A stretch of 64,000 bases of DNA from Acidobacteriaceae bacterium (lineage in GTDB: Bacteria; Acidobacteriota; Terriglobia; Terriglobales; Acidobacteriaceae): NCBI GenBank assembly GCA_028283655.1, contig JAPWKE010000001.1, forward strand, positions 25,082 through 89,081, read 5' to 3'. This document shows positions 28,720 to 38,615 of this stretch, in pieces; positions within the stretch are counted from its first letter, which is position 1, and the number at the start of each line of letters is the position of its first letter. The notes under the pieces are model-generated. The model was not told where the DNA came from, did no database searches, and was given only the letters and a program-made list of their open reading frames with translations. The position numbers and the translations under genes are program-made.

Positions 28720-29727
28720 TTATTTGGCTGGGTAGTTATCTTTGAACGGCTCGTAGGTCTTGCGCTTCATGTGCAGGGTCATCTTGATGTCTGATTCGAA
28801 CTCGTTGAAGATGTTCGTCAGCATGGCGCCGCCAATGGACGTTCCGTAGCCCGAGATCATGTTGCCGAAGCCGCGGTTCTGGGCCGGGTAATAGGCCTGG
28901 GTGGTGGCTGCGGTGACGAGATAGCCAGCGAGCAGGGCGGTGTTGATCGTTGTGCTCTCGGAGTCCTGACGCGCGATGAAGACGCGGCTGGCGGCGTAGA
29001 GTGCGCGGTCAAAGACGTTGTAGCGGGGGCCTTTGACGTAGTAGCGCAGATCCTGGTGCAGCAGCGGGGCGAAGACGATGTCCGTCATGACGCCTTGCGT
29101 GGTGGAGCGCAGGGCAGCCGCGCCGAGGCGCTGGCCAAAAGCTCCTGTGTCTGTGCCGTAGTTTGGACGGCTGTTGATGAGCTGGCTCCAACCAGCCGAG
29201 ATGAACCATCCACCTACGTTGCCGGGGGAGTAGAGGTCCTCCGCGCCCGTGATGACCTTTTCGTGATAGGTCTGGCGGTGCGTGACGTATCCGGCCGGGA
29301 TGTACTTGGTGTACTGGCCGATCTCGGGGCGGTTTCTGCGCGTCTCGTTGGCGCGGGTCGCTGGAGCGGGAACGGCGGGAATCTGCGCCTGCTGCTTCTT
29401 ATGCCTTCTGCCAAACCAGGGGAAGTCTACTTCGTCGCTGTCGGCATTCGAGGCTGCGCTCATCGCTGCGGAGGGATCTTCCGGAAGGGAGGACGTGGTG
29501 GCACTGCTGCTTTCGCCGACGGCGGTGGCGCGTGAGGTGAACGGGTTGGTGGTGCGGGCAAGCTCATCAAACGCCATGGGCGTTGTGGCGGCGGCCAGCA
29601 TCGTGCGTTCATGGGGAGCCTCGGCCATGTGGAGCGCGCTCTGGGCGTGGGTCGCTGCGGCGACTCCCAGTAGCATTCCTGCGACGGCGGCAGGGCGGGT
29701 CAAGGTCTTCCAGGCATTGGTTCCCAT
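28720..29727 (-). CDS. secreted hypothetical protein
   Basis: MGTNAWKTLTRPAAVAGMLLGVAAATHAQS is a signal peptide. GAGGA lies 7 nt before ATG 29727. I recognise no family. Confidence 0.7.
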   Translation of the reverse strand: MGTNAWKTLTRPAAVAGMLLGVAAATHAQSALHMAEAPHERTMLAAATTPMAFDELARTTNPFTSRATAVGESSSATTSSLPEDPSAAMSAASNADSDEVDFPWFGRRHKKQQAQIPAVPAPATRANETRRNRPEIGQYTKYIPAGYVTHRQTYHEKVITGAEDLYSPGNVGGWFISAGWSQLINSRPNYGTDTGAFGQRLGAAALRSTTQGVMTDIVFAPLLHQDLRYYVKGPRYNVFDRALYAASRVFIARQDSESTTINTALLAGYLVTAATTQAYYPAQNRGFGNMISGYGTSIGGAMLTNIFNEFESDIKMTLHMKRKTYEPFKDNYPAK

Positions 29728-29958
29728 TGGTTCATCCTCTTTCTTCTCGCGATTCATCGCTGTACGGGCCTTTGTTGCATCCTCGCATAGTGTGAGGGGG
29801 AACCCAGGGGCCTGTGGTGCAAGCTTTTGAAAACGCTGTTCTCAGAAGGACGCTTCTGCTGGCGTTGTGGTTGTCTTCGAGTGGCTGCAGAGCTGGCTGC
29901 ATTTACCAAGTCGGCAACAGCGAGGCAAATCCCGTTGACCACAGGCGTTGTGGCGGCC

Positions 29959-30231
29959 ATGCTCGAAGCTGGAGAGCTTTCTGCTGCTATGCCGACCGCA
30001 CCGAACTCGAAGCCCGAATGGGAGGCTCGCCTGAGCGAGGCTGCCGCGCGCATTGAAGCGGAGTTGCGGGAGGCTGTTCGCAGCATCGATGAAGAGGTTG
30101 TGCCTGAGATTCGCCGCCATAGCTCGTCGGCGCTGCGAACGCTTGCAGGCAAACTGCAGACGTTGGCAGAGCATATGGATGGCGCACGCGGTGCAGGGAA
30201 GTCCCCAGATGATCCAGGCGGTCCGCGCTAG
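29959..30231 (+). CDS. hypothetical small protein, stop abuts the rlpA start
   Basis: The frame is open from 29827, and ATG 29959 gives 90 aa. Codon bias is coding-like. TAG 30229-30231 is immediately followed by the rlpA ATG. The start is uncertain. Confidence 0.4.
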   Translation: MLEAGELSAAMPTAPNSKPEWEARLSEAAARIEAELREAVRSIDEEVVPEIRRHSSSALRTLAGKLQTLAEHMDGARGAGKSPDDPGGPR

Positions 30232-31071
30232 ATGGCGATGCGGTTCTCCAGGATGCTTCGCCGATCTGCGCTGACAGGTGTTGCCACGGTCGCGGCGCTG
30301 CTGCTGGCGGGCTGTCACCACAGCGTGCATACGGCTTCACGCAATGCTCCAGAGGAGCGCCCGGACTGGGCTTCGGGCTATCCGCCAAAGCATCACAGGG
30401 AAGCGCCGAGAAGCTCGAACGGCGGCACGACGACTGCCTCGCGTGAGCCGTTACCAACGCACCCTCCGCTGCCGAGTGGGGCGCTGGATGAGTCCAGCCT
30501 GAGAGGGAAGCCGCTGCTGGTGGATACCGGGATGGCGAGTTGGTATGGGCCGCAGTTCAACCATAAGAAGTCGGCTGACGGAAACGTTTACGATGCGAAC
30601 GGATTGACCGCCGCCCATCGTACGCTGCCGCTCGGGACGCTGGCGCGGGTGACGAACCTTGCGACGAATGAGAGCGTGATCGTTCGGATTACGGACCGTG
30701 GGCCGTTTGTCCGGGGCCGGATCATGGATCTTTCCGAAGGCGCGGCCAAGCGGATCGACCTCTACCGCATGGGGATTGCGAAGGTGAAGATCGAGGCATA
30801 TGCGCCGGTCGAAGTGGCTGCCGAGCCGGAGAAACGTGGGCTCTGGTGTGTGCAGACGGGAGCGTTTGCTACCGAACGCGGAGCGCGTGATCTGCGGGAT
30901 GCGCTGGCGAAGCGCTATGCTACGGCGAAGGTGCAGGAGTTCCAGGGGCCAACCGGCTTCTGGGTCAGAATCGATCCGGCGGGGCGGGAGAAGACGCAGG
31001 CCGAGGCGATTCGAAGCTGGATTGGCAAGCCGGACGACCAGGCGGATGCGTATCTCGTTCGGCTGAACTAA
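30232..31071 (+). CDS. rlpA: septal ring lytic transglycosylase RlpA-family lipoprotein with SPOR domain
   Basis: Lipobox LLLAGC. The DPBB core is [58 protein letters not shown]. The C-terminal part is SPOR-like ([21 protein letters not shown]). Confidence 0.9.
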   Translation: MAMRFSRMLRRSALTGVATVAALLLAGCHHSVHTASRNAPEERPDWASGYPPKHHREAPRSSNGGTTTASREPLPTHPPLPSGALDESSLRGKPLLVDTGMASWYGPQFNHKKSADGNVYDANGLTAAHRTLPLGTLARVTNLATNESVIVRITDRGPFVRGRIMDLSEGAAKRIDLYRMGIAKVKIEAYAPVEVAAEPEKRGLWCVQTGAFATERGARDLRDALAKRYATAKVQEFQGPTGFWVRIDPAGREKTQAEAIRSWIGKPDDQADAYLVRLN

Positions 31072-31207
31072 CAGGCAGTTTGAGCTGTGTCGCCGTGCCG
31101 CTGCAGTTGGCGCAGCCCGCAAGCCTTCTGATCCCGGGCTATCTGTTACACTAATAGCTGCAGTAAACCCCTCGGTCGTCAGTAGGCAGACCGCAGAAAG
31201 CATACCC

Positions 31208-31405
31208 ATGCCAAAGTTGAAGACCCACTCGGGCGCGGCAAAGCGCTTCAAGAAGACTGGTACCGGCAAGTTCAAGCGCGGCCAGTCCAAGATGCGCCAT
31301 ATCCTCACGTCGAAGTCGGTGAAGACGAAGCGTCACTTGCGTCAGATCACCCTCGTTTCCGTGGCGGACACGCCAAAGGTCGCCCGCATGCTTCCTTACG
31401 CCTAA
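31208..31405 (+). CDS. rpmI: 50S ribosomal protein L35
   Basis: [36 protein letters not shown]. Confidence 0.97.
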   Translation: MPKLKTHSGAAKRFKKTGTGKFKRGQSKMRHILTSKSVKTKRHLRQITLVSVADTPKVARMLPYA

Positions 31406-31573
31406 AGCGTAAGGCAGTACGCAGAGGTTTCCCCATCAAGTCAGCCGAAACGCGTCGAGGCTGCTGGGCTAGCGAATCAGCGAACCCCATTGAGATTGGG
31501 AATTGAAACAAGCGAGTGAAGTGGCCCTCCCGCCACCAGCCGCTCAACCGAAGTACGCAAACAGGAGCACACG

Positions 31574-31939
31574 ATGCCTCGTGTAAAACGTAGTACAAAG
31601 CGCTCAGATCGCCGTAAAAAGATCCTCAAGCGCGCCAGTGGTTATTTCCTCACCAAGTCCAAGCTCTATCAGGCAGCACAGGAAGCCGTCGAGCGCGGTC
31701 TCAAGTTCGCCTACATCGGCCGTAAGCAGAAGAAGCGTCAGTATCGCTCGCTGTGGATCGTCCGTATCGGTGCAGCTGCCAAGCTGAACGGTATGAGCTA
31801 CTCGACCTTTATCAACGGCCTGAAGAAGGCTGGCAACGGCCTCGATCGCAAGATCCTCGCCGACATCGCTGCAAACGACGCGAAGGGCTTCACGGCTCTC
31901 GTAGAGCAGGCCAAGTCGGCCCTCGCAGCAGCGAAGTAA
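31574..31939 (+). CDS. rplT: 50S ribosomal protein L20
   Basis: [25 protein letters not shown]...[21 protein letters not shown]. Confidence 0.97.
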   Translation: MPRVKRSTKRSDRRKKILKRASGYFLTKSKLYQAAQEAVERGLKFAYIGRKQKKRQYRSLWIVRIGAAAKLNGMSYSTFINGLKKAGNGLDRKILADIAANDAKGFTALVEQAKSALAAAK

Positions 31940-31961
31940 GCAATCTGTCCGCCTAGCGGAC

Positions 31962-32008
31962 AAAGAGAACGGGCGTGGCTTCGGCCACGCTCGTTCTCTT
32001 TGCTTTTT
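31962..32008. terminator. bidirectional terminator (rplT / GGDEF gene)
   Basis: AAAGAGAACGGGCGTGGC-TTCG-GCCACGCTCGTTCTCTTT followed by GCTTTTT. Confidence 0.75.
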
Positions 32009-32011
32009 GAT

Positions 32012-33934
32012 TTACTGGGCTGCGAGGCGTTCGGCTTTGCGCTGGCGCTTCTGTTCGTACATCACCTGATCGGCTCGGACGAGCAGATCTTCGATGCTGC
32101 CTCCGTGTTGCTTCGGGTCGCAGAGCACAACACCGAGGCTGAGGCAAAGCTCGAAGGGGAAGCGTTCTTTCGCGTTGGTCGCGTTGACCTCGGATTGAAT
32201 CCTCTCCTGCAGTTCGTCGACGAGCTCTTCGCTGCCTTCGAGAGCGACGGCGGCGAACTCGTCGCCGCCTAAGCGGCCGATGACGTCGCTCTTGCGGAAG
32301 CTGGAGAGCAGCAGTTCGCCGACGCGTTTCAGGGCTTCGTCGCCCATCTTGTGGCCGTGCGTGTCGTTGATCTGTTTGAAGAGGTCGAGATCGATGTAGA
32401 TGAGCAGCATCAGCTCGCGGGTCTTCTGGGCCTTGAGCCAGTGTGCCTGGGCGAAGGCGAGGAAGCCGCGGCGGTTGTAGAGGCCGGTGAGCTGGTCGGT
32501 GACGACGAGCGAGCGCAACGCCGCCTGCCTGCGCAGGAAGGCGATGATGCCGAGCATCAGGACGGTGATGCCGATGAGGGCAAAGACCGCCCAGGTGGCG
32601 TGTTGGGCGGTCCACCACGGTGCGGAGTGCAGGACGACGATGTCGGACTGTGCGCGCATTAGCAGGGTGAAGGTTCTCGGCTCGCGCACCTGATTGACGA
32701 TGATCAGGGCGACACCGGTCACCTGCAGCATGCTGCCTTTGCCGTACTGGCGACGGTGCATCTGGCTGTGGGGGATGCGGGCGGAGAAGACGGATTCGCC
32801 GTCCTGCAGCAGCAAGATCTCTTCGTCGCCACGCTCGAATTGCTCGCGCAGTTTGCCGCTCAGGCGCACCAGTTGCGAGTCGTGGGGAGCGACGAGGAAG
32901 CCTTCGCGGTTGACGATCATATCGGCCGCAGAGACCTTCAGCGGCTCCATCTTCTGCCCGGTGCCCAGCTCCTGGAAGATGGCGTTTTCCATCTGTGGTG
33001 CGTAGGCTCCGCTGCCGGGGTAGCCTACGGCTTCGACGAGCGTACCGAGAGGGACGGCACGCTTCAAACCGCTCTGCACGAAGAGGCTTCCGCCGTTGTT
33101 GTCCTGCAGGTAGAGGCCTTCTCCCGGTTGCGACCAGGTGACCGTGCCGGTGACCTTGATCTGGCTGACGCCGGCGCTGCCTTGCTTGTACTGCAGCATG
33201 GCATTCAGCGGGCGATTGGGCAGGTCGAACGGCTCCTGCGGGGCAGGTCGCTCAATGGTGATGTCTTTGGTGCTGGCGACGAAGAGGCGGATTCCGATGA
33301 ACTGGCGGCGATTGTTGAAGACTGTTCCGGAGACGCCTCGCAGCTCTACTTGCGAGGCCGTGAGTGTACGAATGGCTTCAGGGTCGAAGTCCTGAACGAC
33401 GGCGTTGACGATGGTGCCTGCGCCGATGTCGACGGTGAGCATCAACCGTGGATGTCCCCAAAGCTGTTTTACTTCGGCCACGCGGACAATGCCGCGGAGC
33501 GCAACCCACTGGCTGTCGCGAACGCCACCGAGCAGGTCGGCTGCGGAACGGACGGTGGGCTCCGGCAAGGTTTCGTGGCCGACGATGCTGAGGCTATGCG
33601 CCGTAACGATGGGAGCAAAGAGCCCGGCGTCGGTATGTCCGCGCAACTCGATGCGGTCGCCCTGATGCAGGGCCGGAGTCTCGGATGCGCGGTCTACCGA
33701 GATGCCGCCCGTTTTGTCGGCGAGGAAGAAGCTGTTTTTCCAGCCAGAAAGCGTGGTGACGACGCCTTCGAGTACTACCGGGCGATGCTCGCTCGCTTCC
33801 GCTTCGGTCAGGGCGCGGATGCTGCTGATCGTTTCCAGCGTTGGGGCCTGGGGCTGCCGCGGCCAGGCTGCTCCAGCCGGCAGGCAGAGGAGTGCGACGA
33901 TCGTCCATTTCTTGAGTGTTGCGGGGAGCATCAT
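32012..33934 (-). CDS. diguanylate cyclase (GGDEF) with large periplasmic sensor domain
   Basis: DQLTGLYNRRGF...YIDLDLFKQINDTHGHKMGDEALK...RLGGDEFAAV. It has an N-terminal signal/anchor and one TM helix before the GGDEF domain. ATG 33934 lies within track ORF ..33985. Confidence 0.9.
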   Translation of the reverse strand: MMLPATLKKWTIVALLCLPAGAAWPRQPQAPTLETISSIRALTEAEASEHRPVVLEGVVTTLSGWKNSFFLADKTGGISVDRASETPALHQGDRIELRGHTDAGLFAPIVTAHSLSIVGHETLPEPTVRSAADLLGGVRDSQWVALRGIVRVAEVKQLWGHPRLMLTVDIGAGTIVNAVVQDFDPEAIRTLTASQVELRGVSGTVFNNRRQFIGIRLFVASTKDITIERPAPQEPFDLPNRPLNAMLQYKQGSAGVSQIKVTGTVTWSQPGEGLYLQDNNGGSLFVQSGLKRAVPLGTLVEAVGYPGSGAYAPQMENAIFQELGTGQKMEPLKVSAADMIVNREGFLVAPHDSQLVRLSGKLREQFERGDEEILLLQDGESVFSARIPHSQMHRRQYGKGSMLQVTGVALIIVNQVREPRTFTLLMRAQSDIVVLHSAPWWTAQHATWAVFALIGITVLMLGIIAFLRRQAALRSLVVTDQLTGLYNRRGFLAFAQAHWLKAQKTRELMLLIYIDLDLFKQINDTHGHKMGDEALKRVGELLLSSFRKSDVIGRLGGDEFAAVALEGSEELVDELQERIQSEVNATNAKERFPFELCLSLGVVLCDPKQHGGSIEDLLVRADQVMYEQKRQRKAERLAAQ

Positions 33935-34096
33935 CCTTAAGGATACGTATCGGCCGAGATTTCCGATGTACCACCATCGGCACAAAAAACAGGCACCAGG
34001 GTCACCTCCCAGGCCTTGTTCGCTGGTCTGATTTGGCTATCCAAAGATATGGTTCTTTCTACCAAAACGTTTTAGTAAAGGGTTAGACTGCTACGC

Positions 34097-35092
34097 ATGA
34101 AGTTTCGAGCCCTTTTCGTCGCTGTTTTGCTGACCGCACTGTCGGCTACTCTTGCTGCCCAGCAAACGACACCTGCCACTACGCCTGCTTCCGCTTCGGC
34201 CACGCAGCCCAAGCCCGGGCAGAAGCTGGGGGAGATTGCGATTACGTTTGATGATCTGCCTTCGCATGGAGCGTTGCCGCCGGGCGTGACGCGTATGGAT
34301 ATCGTCAAGCGCGTACTCGCGGTGATAGAGAAAGAGCAGCTTCCGCCGGTGACAGGCATGGTGAACGGGGCGCGGTTGCAGTGGGACCCGAAGGGCACGA
34401 AGGGCGTGTTGGAAGCGTGGCGTGATGCCGAGCAGCCGTTGGCCAGCCATGGGTTCACGCATCTGAACCTGAACGAGAAGCCGCTCGACGTCTGGACCGC
34501 CGACGTGGAGAAGAATGAGCCTTTGCTGCAGAAGCTCGCAGCCTACCCCGAGGGGCAGCCGCAGAAACAGTCGTGGAAGTATCTGCGCTTTCCGTATCTG
34601 GGCGAAGGGGAGACGCCGCAGAAGCGTGCTGCGGCCCGGACGTGGCTGACGCAGCACGGCTACCTGGTGGCCGAGGTGACGATGAGCTGGGGAGATTATG
34701 CGTGGAACGAGACGTATGCGCGCTGCTCCGTGAAGCATGATGATGTGGCGATCAAGCGTCTGCATGACACGTATCTGGCTGCGGCCCGGCAGAATATGTG
34801 GGCAGAGCGGATTGAGAGCTTCAACGCGTTTGGACACGATATTCCGCACGTTCTGCTGCTGCATATCGGCGCGTTTGATGCGGTGATGTTTTCTGAGTTG
34901 GTCGCGCAGATTCGAGCCGATGGCTACAAGTTTGTCTCGCTGCCGCAGGCGGAGATGGATGCGGCGTACAGCACGCCGCCGAACAAACTCGACGGCGGCG
35001 GGCTGTTTGAAGACCAGGTGTCGCGCGCCAAGGGGTTGGCAATTCCTCACCGCGATAGCTACGAGAAGGAGCTTGCTGCGATGTGCCGTTAG
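34097..35092 (+). CDS. polysaccharide deacetylase (NodB-fold), secreted
   Basis: Signal peptide MKFRALFVAVLLTALSATLAAQQ. NodB motifs IAITFDDLPSHG and ASHGFTH are present. Confidence 0.85.
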   Translation: MKFRALFVAVLLTALSATLAAQQTTPATTPASASATQPKPGQKLGEIAITFDDLPSHGALPPGVTRMDIVKRVLAVIEKEQLPPVTGMVNGARLQWDPKGTKGVLEAWRDAEQPLASHGFTHLNLNEKPLDVWTADVEKNEPLLQKLAAYPEGQPQKQSWKYLRFPYLGEGETPQKRAAARTWLTQHGYLVAEVTMSWGDYAWNETYARCSVKHDDVAIKRLHDTYLAAARQNMWAERIESFNAFGHDIPHVLLLHIGAFDAVMFSELVAQIRADGYKFVSLPQAEMDAAYSTPPNKLDGGGLFEDQVSRAKGLAIPHRDSYEKELAAMCR

Positions 35093-35167
35093 CCGCTTGT
35101 GTTCCTCTGAGAAACTCATCGGCGGCGTGGCTGCGTTTCCTGTGGCGCTTATGCAAGACTTAGCCGT

Positions 35168-36112
35168 ATGAGCTTCCGTCTGCTGGGCGCGATGATCTGC
35201 CTTTGCCTGCTGTCGAGCACGATCGCGCGCGCGCAAAGCGGCACTCCTGCTGTGGGGAGTGAGCCTGCGCCGCAGATAGCGTTCACCTTTGACGATCTTC
35301 CGGCGCATGGTCCGCTGCCTCCGGGAGAAGACCGCCCAGAGCCGGTGCGAGAGATTCTGGCGGCGTTGAAGGCCGCGAATATGCCTCCGGTCTATGGCTT
35401 CGTCAACGGATTTCGCGTGACGCAGTTTCCTTATCAGGAGCACATTTTGAACGCGTGGCACGCGGCGGGCCAGCCAATGGGCAGCCACACGTACTCGCAC
35501 CCGGGGCTTGACCAGCTTACTGCGCGGTCCTACATCAACGACATTCAGCGAAACGAAGAGTTTCTGCGTCGCGCAGACGAAGGCGGCGACTGGCGCTGGT
35601 TTCGCTATCCGTTTCTGGAGGAAGGGAACACGCTCTCCAAGCGGGACAAGGTGCGTACCTGGCTTTCGCTGCACGGGTATCGTATTGCGGAGATCTCCAT
35701 GGACTTTCAGGATTACAACTGGAACGACACCTATGCGCGCTGCTCGGTGAAGAAGGATGAGGTTGCGATTCGCCACCTGCATGACACCTACCTGTCTGCG
35801 GCGTCCCAGGCTGTTGTGGCCTTCCGGGGGCTGTCGCATACGCTCTATGGCCGGGACGTTCGCTACATTCTGCTGATGCACGTTGGAGCGTTCGACGCGA
35901 AGATGCTGCCAGAGCTTCTTGCGCAGTTTCGCAGCGAAGGCTTCGAGTTCGTGACGCTGGAGAAGGCTGCGGCCGACGAAGCCTACAGCTTTGACCCCCA
36001 CCAGACGACCAAGGGCGGATCGACGTTCCTGGAGCAGGTGGCTGCGGCGCGTAAGGTGAACGTCCCCGATCTTCCGGACTACTCCGTGGAACTGGCCCGT
36101 ATGTGTCACTAA
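35168..36112 (+). CDS. polysaccharide deacetylase (NodB-fold), secreted, tandem paralog
   Basis: Signal peptide MSFRLLGAMICLCLLSSTIARAQS. Motifs IAFTFDDLPAHG and GSHTYSH are present. It shares WNDTYARCSVKKDEVAIRHLHDTYL with its neighbour. Confidence 0.85.
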   Translation: MSFRLLGAMICLCLLSSTIARAQSGTPAVGSEPAPQIAFTFDDLPAHGPLPPGEDRPEPVREILAALKAANMPPVYGFVNGFRVTQFPYQEHILNAWHAAGQPMGSHTYSHPGLDQLTARSYINDIQRNEEFLRRADEGGDWRWFRYPFLEEGNTLSKRDKVRTWLSLHGYRIAEISMDFQDYNWNDTYARCSVKKDEVAIRHLHDTYLSAASQAVVAFRGLSHTLYGRDVRYILLMHVGAFDAKMLPELLAQFRSEGFEFVTLEKAAADEAYSFDPHQTTKGGSTFLEQVAAARKVNVPDLPDYSVELARMCH

Positions 36113-36156
36113 GAAGCTGAGTTTCTCCTGCGCGCCATCGCGTATCCTTAGCTTGT

Positions 36157-37545
36157 ATGCCTGACAATTCTTCGCAAGAGCCCCTGCTCGCGACGCGCAA
36201 TACGGCTGACGAGCCCTTTGCCGGTACGCCCCCGTTTGAGTCCTGGGGCCGCTATCCGCGCTATAACGCTACGGTGAAGCCTCTGCATTGGCAGAGCGAT
36301 TTTCCCCGGGCCATCGACGGAGTGCACACGGGTGCGCTCGCCGTGGGGATGGGGCGGTCGTATGGCGACGTTGGCCTGCTGAAGGACGGCACGCTGCTGC
36401 ATACCGTCAGCATGAATCGACTGCTGATGTGGGACCCGCAGACGGGTGTGCTCACCGCTGAAGCGGGCATTACGCTGGCGCAGATTCTCGATTTTGCTGT
36501 TCCGCGCGGCTTCTTTCTGCCCGTGACGCCCGGCACCAAGTACGTGACGCTGGGTGGTGCGATTGCGAACGACGTTCACGGCAAGAACCACGAAGCCGCT
36601 GGATCGTTCGGCAACCACGTACCGAAGTTTGAGCTGGTGCGCTCCGATGGCACGCATGTTCTGTGCTCGCCGACGGAGAATCCGGACATGTTCGCGGCGA
36701 CGATCGGCGGCATGGGGCTTACCGGCGTCATCACCTGGGCACAGCTTCGGCTGAAGCCCATCGTGAGCCGCATGATCGACTACGAGGGCATTCAGTTTCA
36801 CGGCATCGACGAGTTCCTCGCTATCAAAAAGCAGTACGCCAACGTGGAGTACACCGTCTCCTGGCTTGACTGTGTGTCCACGGGGAAGAACTTTGCGCGC
36901 GGCGTCTTCATGCTCGGCGACCACTCGAAGGACCCCGGTGAGTTGAAGCCCTCTGGCAAGCCCAAGCTGACCTTCCCCATGGACGCCCCGGGCTTTCTGC
37001 TGAATAAGCTGACGATCTCGGCGTTCAACACGGCGTTCTTCCATAAGCAGATGAAGAAGCACGTCATCACGAAGCAGGACTACGAGCCGTTCTTCTACCC
37101 GCTCGACGCGGTACACAAGTGGAACCGCATGTATGGCAAGCGTGGGCTCGTACAGTTCCAGTTCGCACTGCCGTGGGAGACCAGCAAGGAAGGCACGATC
37201 GCCATGCTGCAGGAGATTACCAAGAGCGGCCTGGCGAGCTTTCTCGCCGTGCTCAAAACCTTCGGGGACGTGCCCTCACTCGGCATGATGAGCTTCCCGA
37301 TGCCCGGCTTCATGTTTGCGCTCGACTTTCCGATCAAGGACATCACCTTCCCGCTGATGCAGCGACTCGGTGATATGACGAAGGACTTCGGAGGCCGGCT
37401 CTACCCCGCGAAGGACGCCTGCATGACCGCTGACCAGTTTCAGACGTACTACCCGCAGTGGGAGCGCTTTGCTCGGTACAAAGACCCTGCGATCACTTCT
37501 AGCTTCTGGGAACGCGTGACCGGACCGAACGGAGGTGCACGATGA
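36157..37545 (+). CDS. FAD-dependent oxidoreductase, DprE1-like (polyprenyl-phospho-ribose 2'-oxidase type)
   Basis: GMGRSYGD, GGAIANDVHGKNHEAAGSFGNHV, GGMGLTGVI, FFYPLDAVHKWNRMYGKRGLVQFQF, SFPMPGFMFALDFPIK and FGGRLYPAKD align block by block with mycobacterial DprE1 as I remember it. Confidence 0.8.
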   Translation: MPDNSSQEPLLATRNTADEPFAGTPPFESWGRYPRYNATVKPLHWQSDFPRAIDGVHTGALAVGMGRSYGDVGLLKDGTLLHTVSMNRLLMWDPQTGVLTAEAGITLAQILDFAVPRGFFLPVTPGTKYVTLGGAIANDVHGKNHEAAGSFGNHVPKFELVRSDGTHVLCSPTENPDMFAATIGGMGLTGVITWAQLRLKPIVSRMIDYEGIQFHGIDEFLAIKKQYANVEYTVSWLDCVSTGKNFARGVFMLGDHSKDPGELKPSGKPKLTFPMDAPGFLLNKLTISAFNTAFFHKQMKKHVITKQDYEPFFYPLDAVHKWNRMYGKRGLVQFQFALPWETSKEGTIAMLQEITKSGLASFLAVLKTFGDVPSLGMMSFPMPGFMFALDFPIKDITFPLMQRLGDMTKDFGGRLYPAKDACMTADQFQTYYPQWERFARYKDPAITSSFWERVTGPNGGAR

Positions 37546-38369
37546 GCACGGTTCCTCCTATGAATACCGGCGCGATGGGTGCCGTTACTGCTGCCAGCGC
37601 TCGCACGACGAAGACTGGCGAACCTTATACACCGAAGCGCATCCTCGTACTTGGTGCGACGAGCGGCATCGCCGAGCAGTGCTGCCGTCTGTGGGCGGAG
37701 CGTGGCGATAGCCTCTTCCTTGTAGGCCGCGACACCAACAAGCTTGCAGCGGTGGCTGCGGACCTCAAGATTCGCGGCGCGGCGTATGTCGACAGCGCGG
37801 TGGCCGATCTTGACGACACGGCGCGCCATCCCGAGTTGCTGGCACATGCGATCAACTCGTTGGCTGGACTCGACGTAGCGTTCCTGGTGATGGGTGCTCT
37901 TGGCTCACAGCCTGCAGCGGAAAAGAACTTTGCCGACGCGCACCGCCTGCTGCACACGAACTACGTCGCTCCGGTAAGCCTGCTGACGTGGCTGGCGAAC
38001 TACTGCGCGCAACGCCATAGCGGGACGCTCGCTGTGGTTAGCTCGGTCGCTGGCGAACGTGGCCGCAAGTCGAACTACGTGTATGGTTCGGCGAAGGCTG
38101 GGCTCACGGCGTTCACAGACGGCCTTCGCAATCGCATCGACCGCGAAGGCGTGAAGGTGATGACGATCAAGCCCGGCCCGGTGAAGACCTCGATGACCGA
38201 GGGTATGAAGGGCAGTGAAAAATTTGCGCTGGTTGAGGTCGTTGCGGCTACGCTGGTGAAGTCGATCGACAAGGGCACGCCTGTTGTATACGTCCCCGGC
38301 ATCTGGCGAATCATCATGGCGGTTATCCGTACAATTCCGGACAGCATCTTCAAAAAGCTCAACCTGTAA
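37542..38369 (+). CDS. SDR reductase, DprE2-like
   Basis: ATG overlaps the upstream stop (ATGA). LVLGATSGIA Rossmann motif, YGSAKAG catalytic YxxxK, and a C-terminal IWRIIMAVIRTIPDSIFKKLNL that resembles the DprE2 tail. Confidence 0.78.
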   Translation: MSTVPPMNTGAMGAVTAASARTTKTGEPYTPKRILVLGATSGIAEQCCRLWAERGDSLFLVGRDTNKLAAVAADLKIRGAAYVDSAVADLDDTARHPELLAHAINSLAGLDVAFLVMGALGSQPAAEKNFADAHRLLHTNYVAPVSLLTWLANYCAQRHSGTLAVVSSVAGERGRKSNYVYGSAKAGLTAFTDGLRNRIDREGVKVMTIKPGPVKTSMTEGMKGSEKFALVEVVAATLVKSIDKGTPVVYVPGIWRIIMAVIRTIPDSIFKKLNL

Positions 38370-38408
38370 CTCGTATTGCGAGTAAGTAGAGCCCGATAAA
38401 AAAGTAAC

Positions 38409-38443
38409 TTACGCCGACCTGATTTCAGGTCGGCGTACTTTTT
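38409..38443 (+). terminator. rho-independent terminator after the DprE2-like gene
   Basis: TACGCCGACCTGA pairs with TCAGGTCGGCGTA, followed by CTTTTTT. An A-run lies upstream, so it may work bidirectionally. Confidence 0.8.
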
Positions 38444-38615
38444 TATCGCCTGGCGAATCAACCGGATACCTGCGCGACTATCTTTTGATGTCGTCCACCG
38501 ACAGGGTATGGAAATTCAGGCAATATCGCTTTCCGAAGCTACGTTTGCTCAAGAAGTATCGCGTAGCGAGGGCGGGGAAATAGGGGAAATATAAAGAAAT
38601 AGTGAATTACAACTT

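Noticed and set aside
34091-36109. 672-aa minus-strand ORF
   Set aside because: It is an antisense shadow spanning both deacetylase genes, and it is Arg-rich with no motifs.
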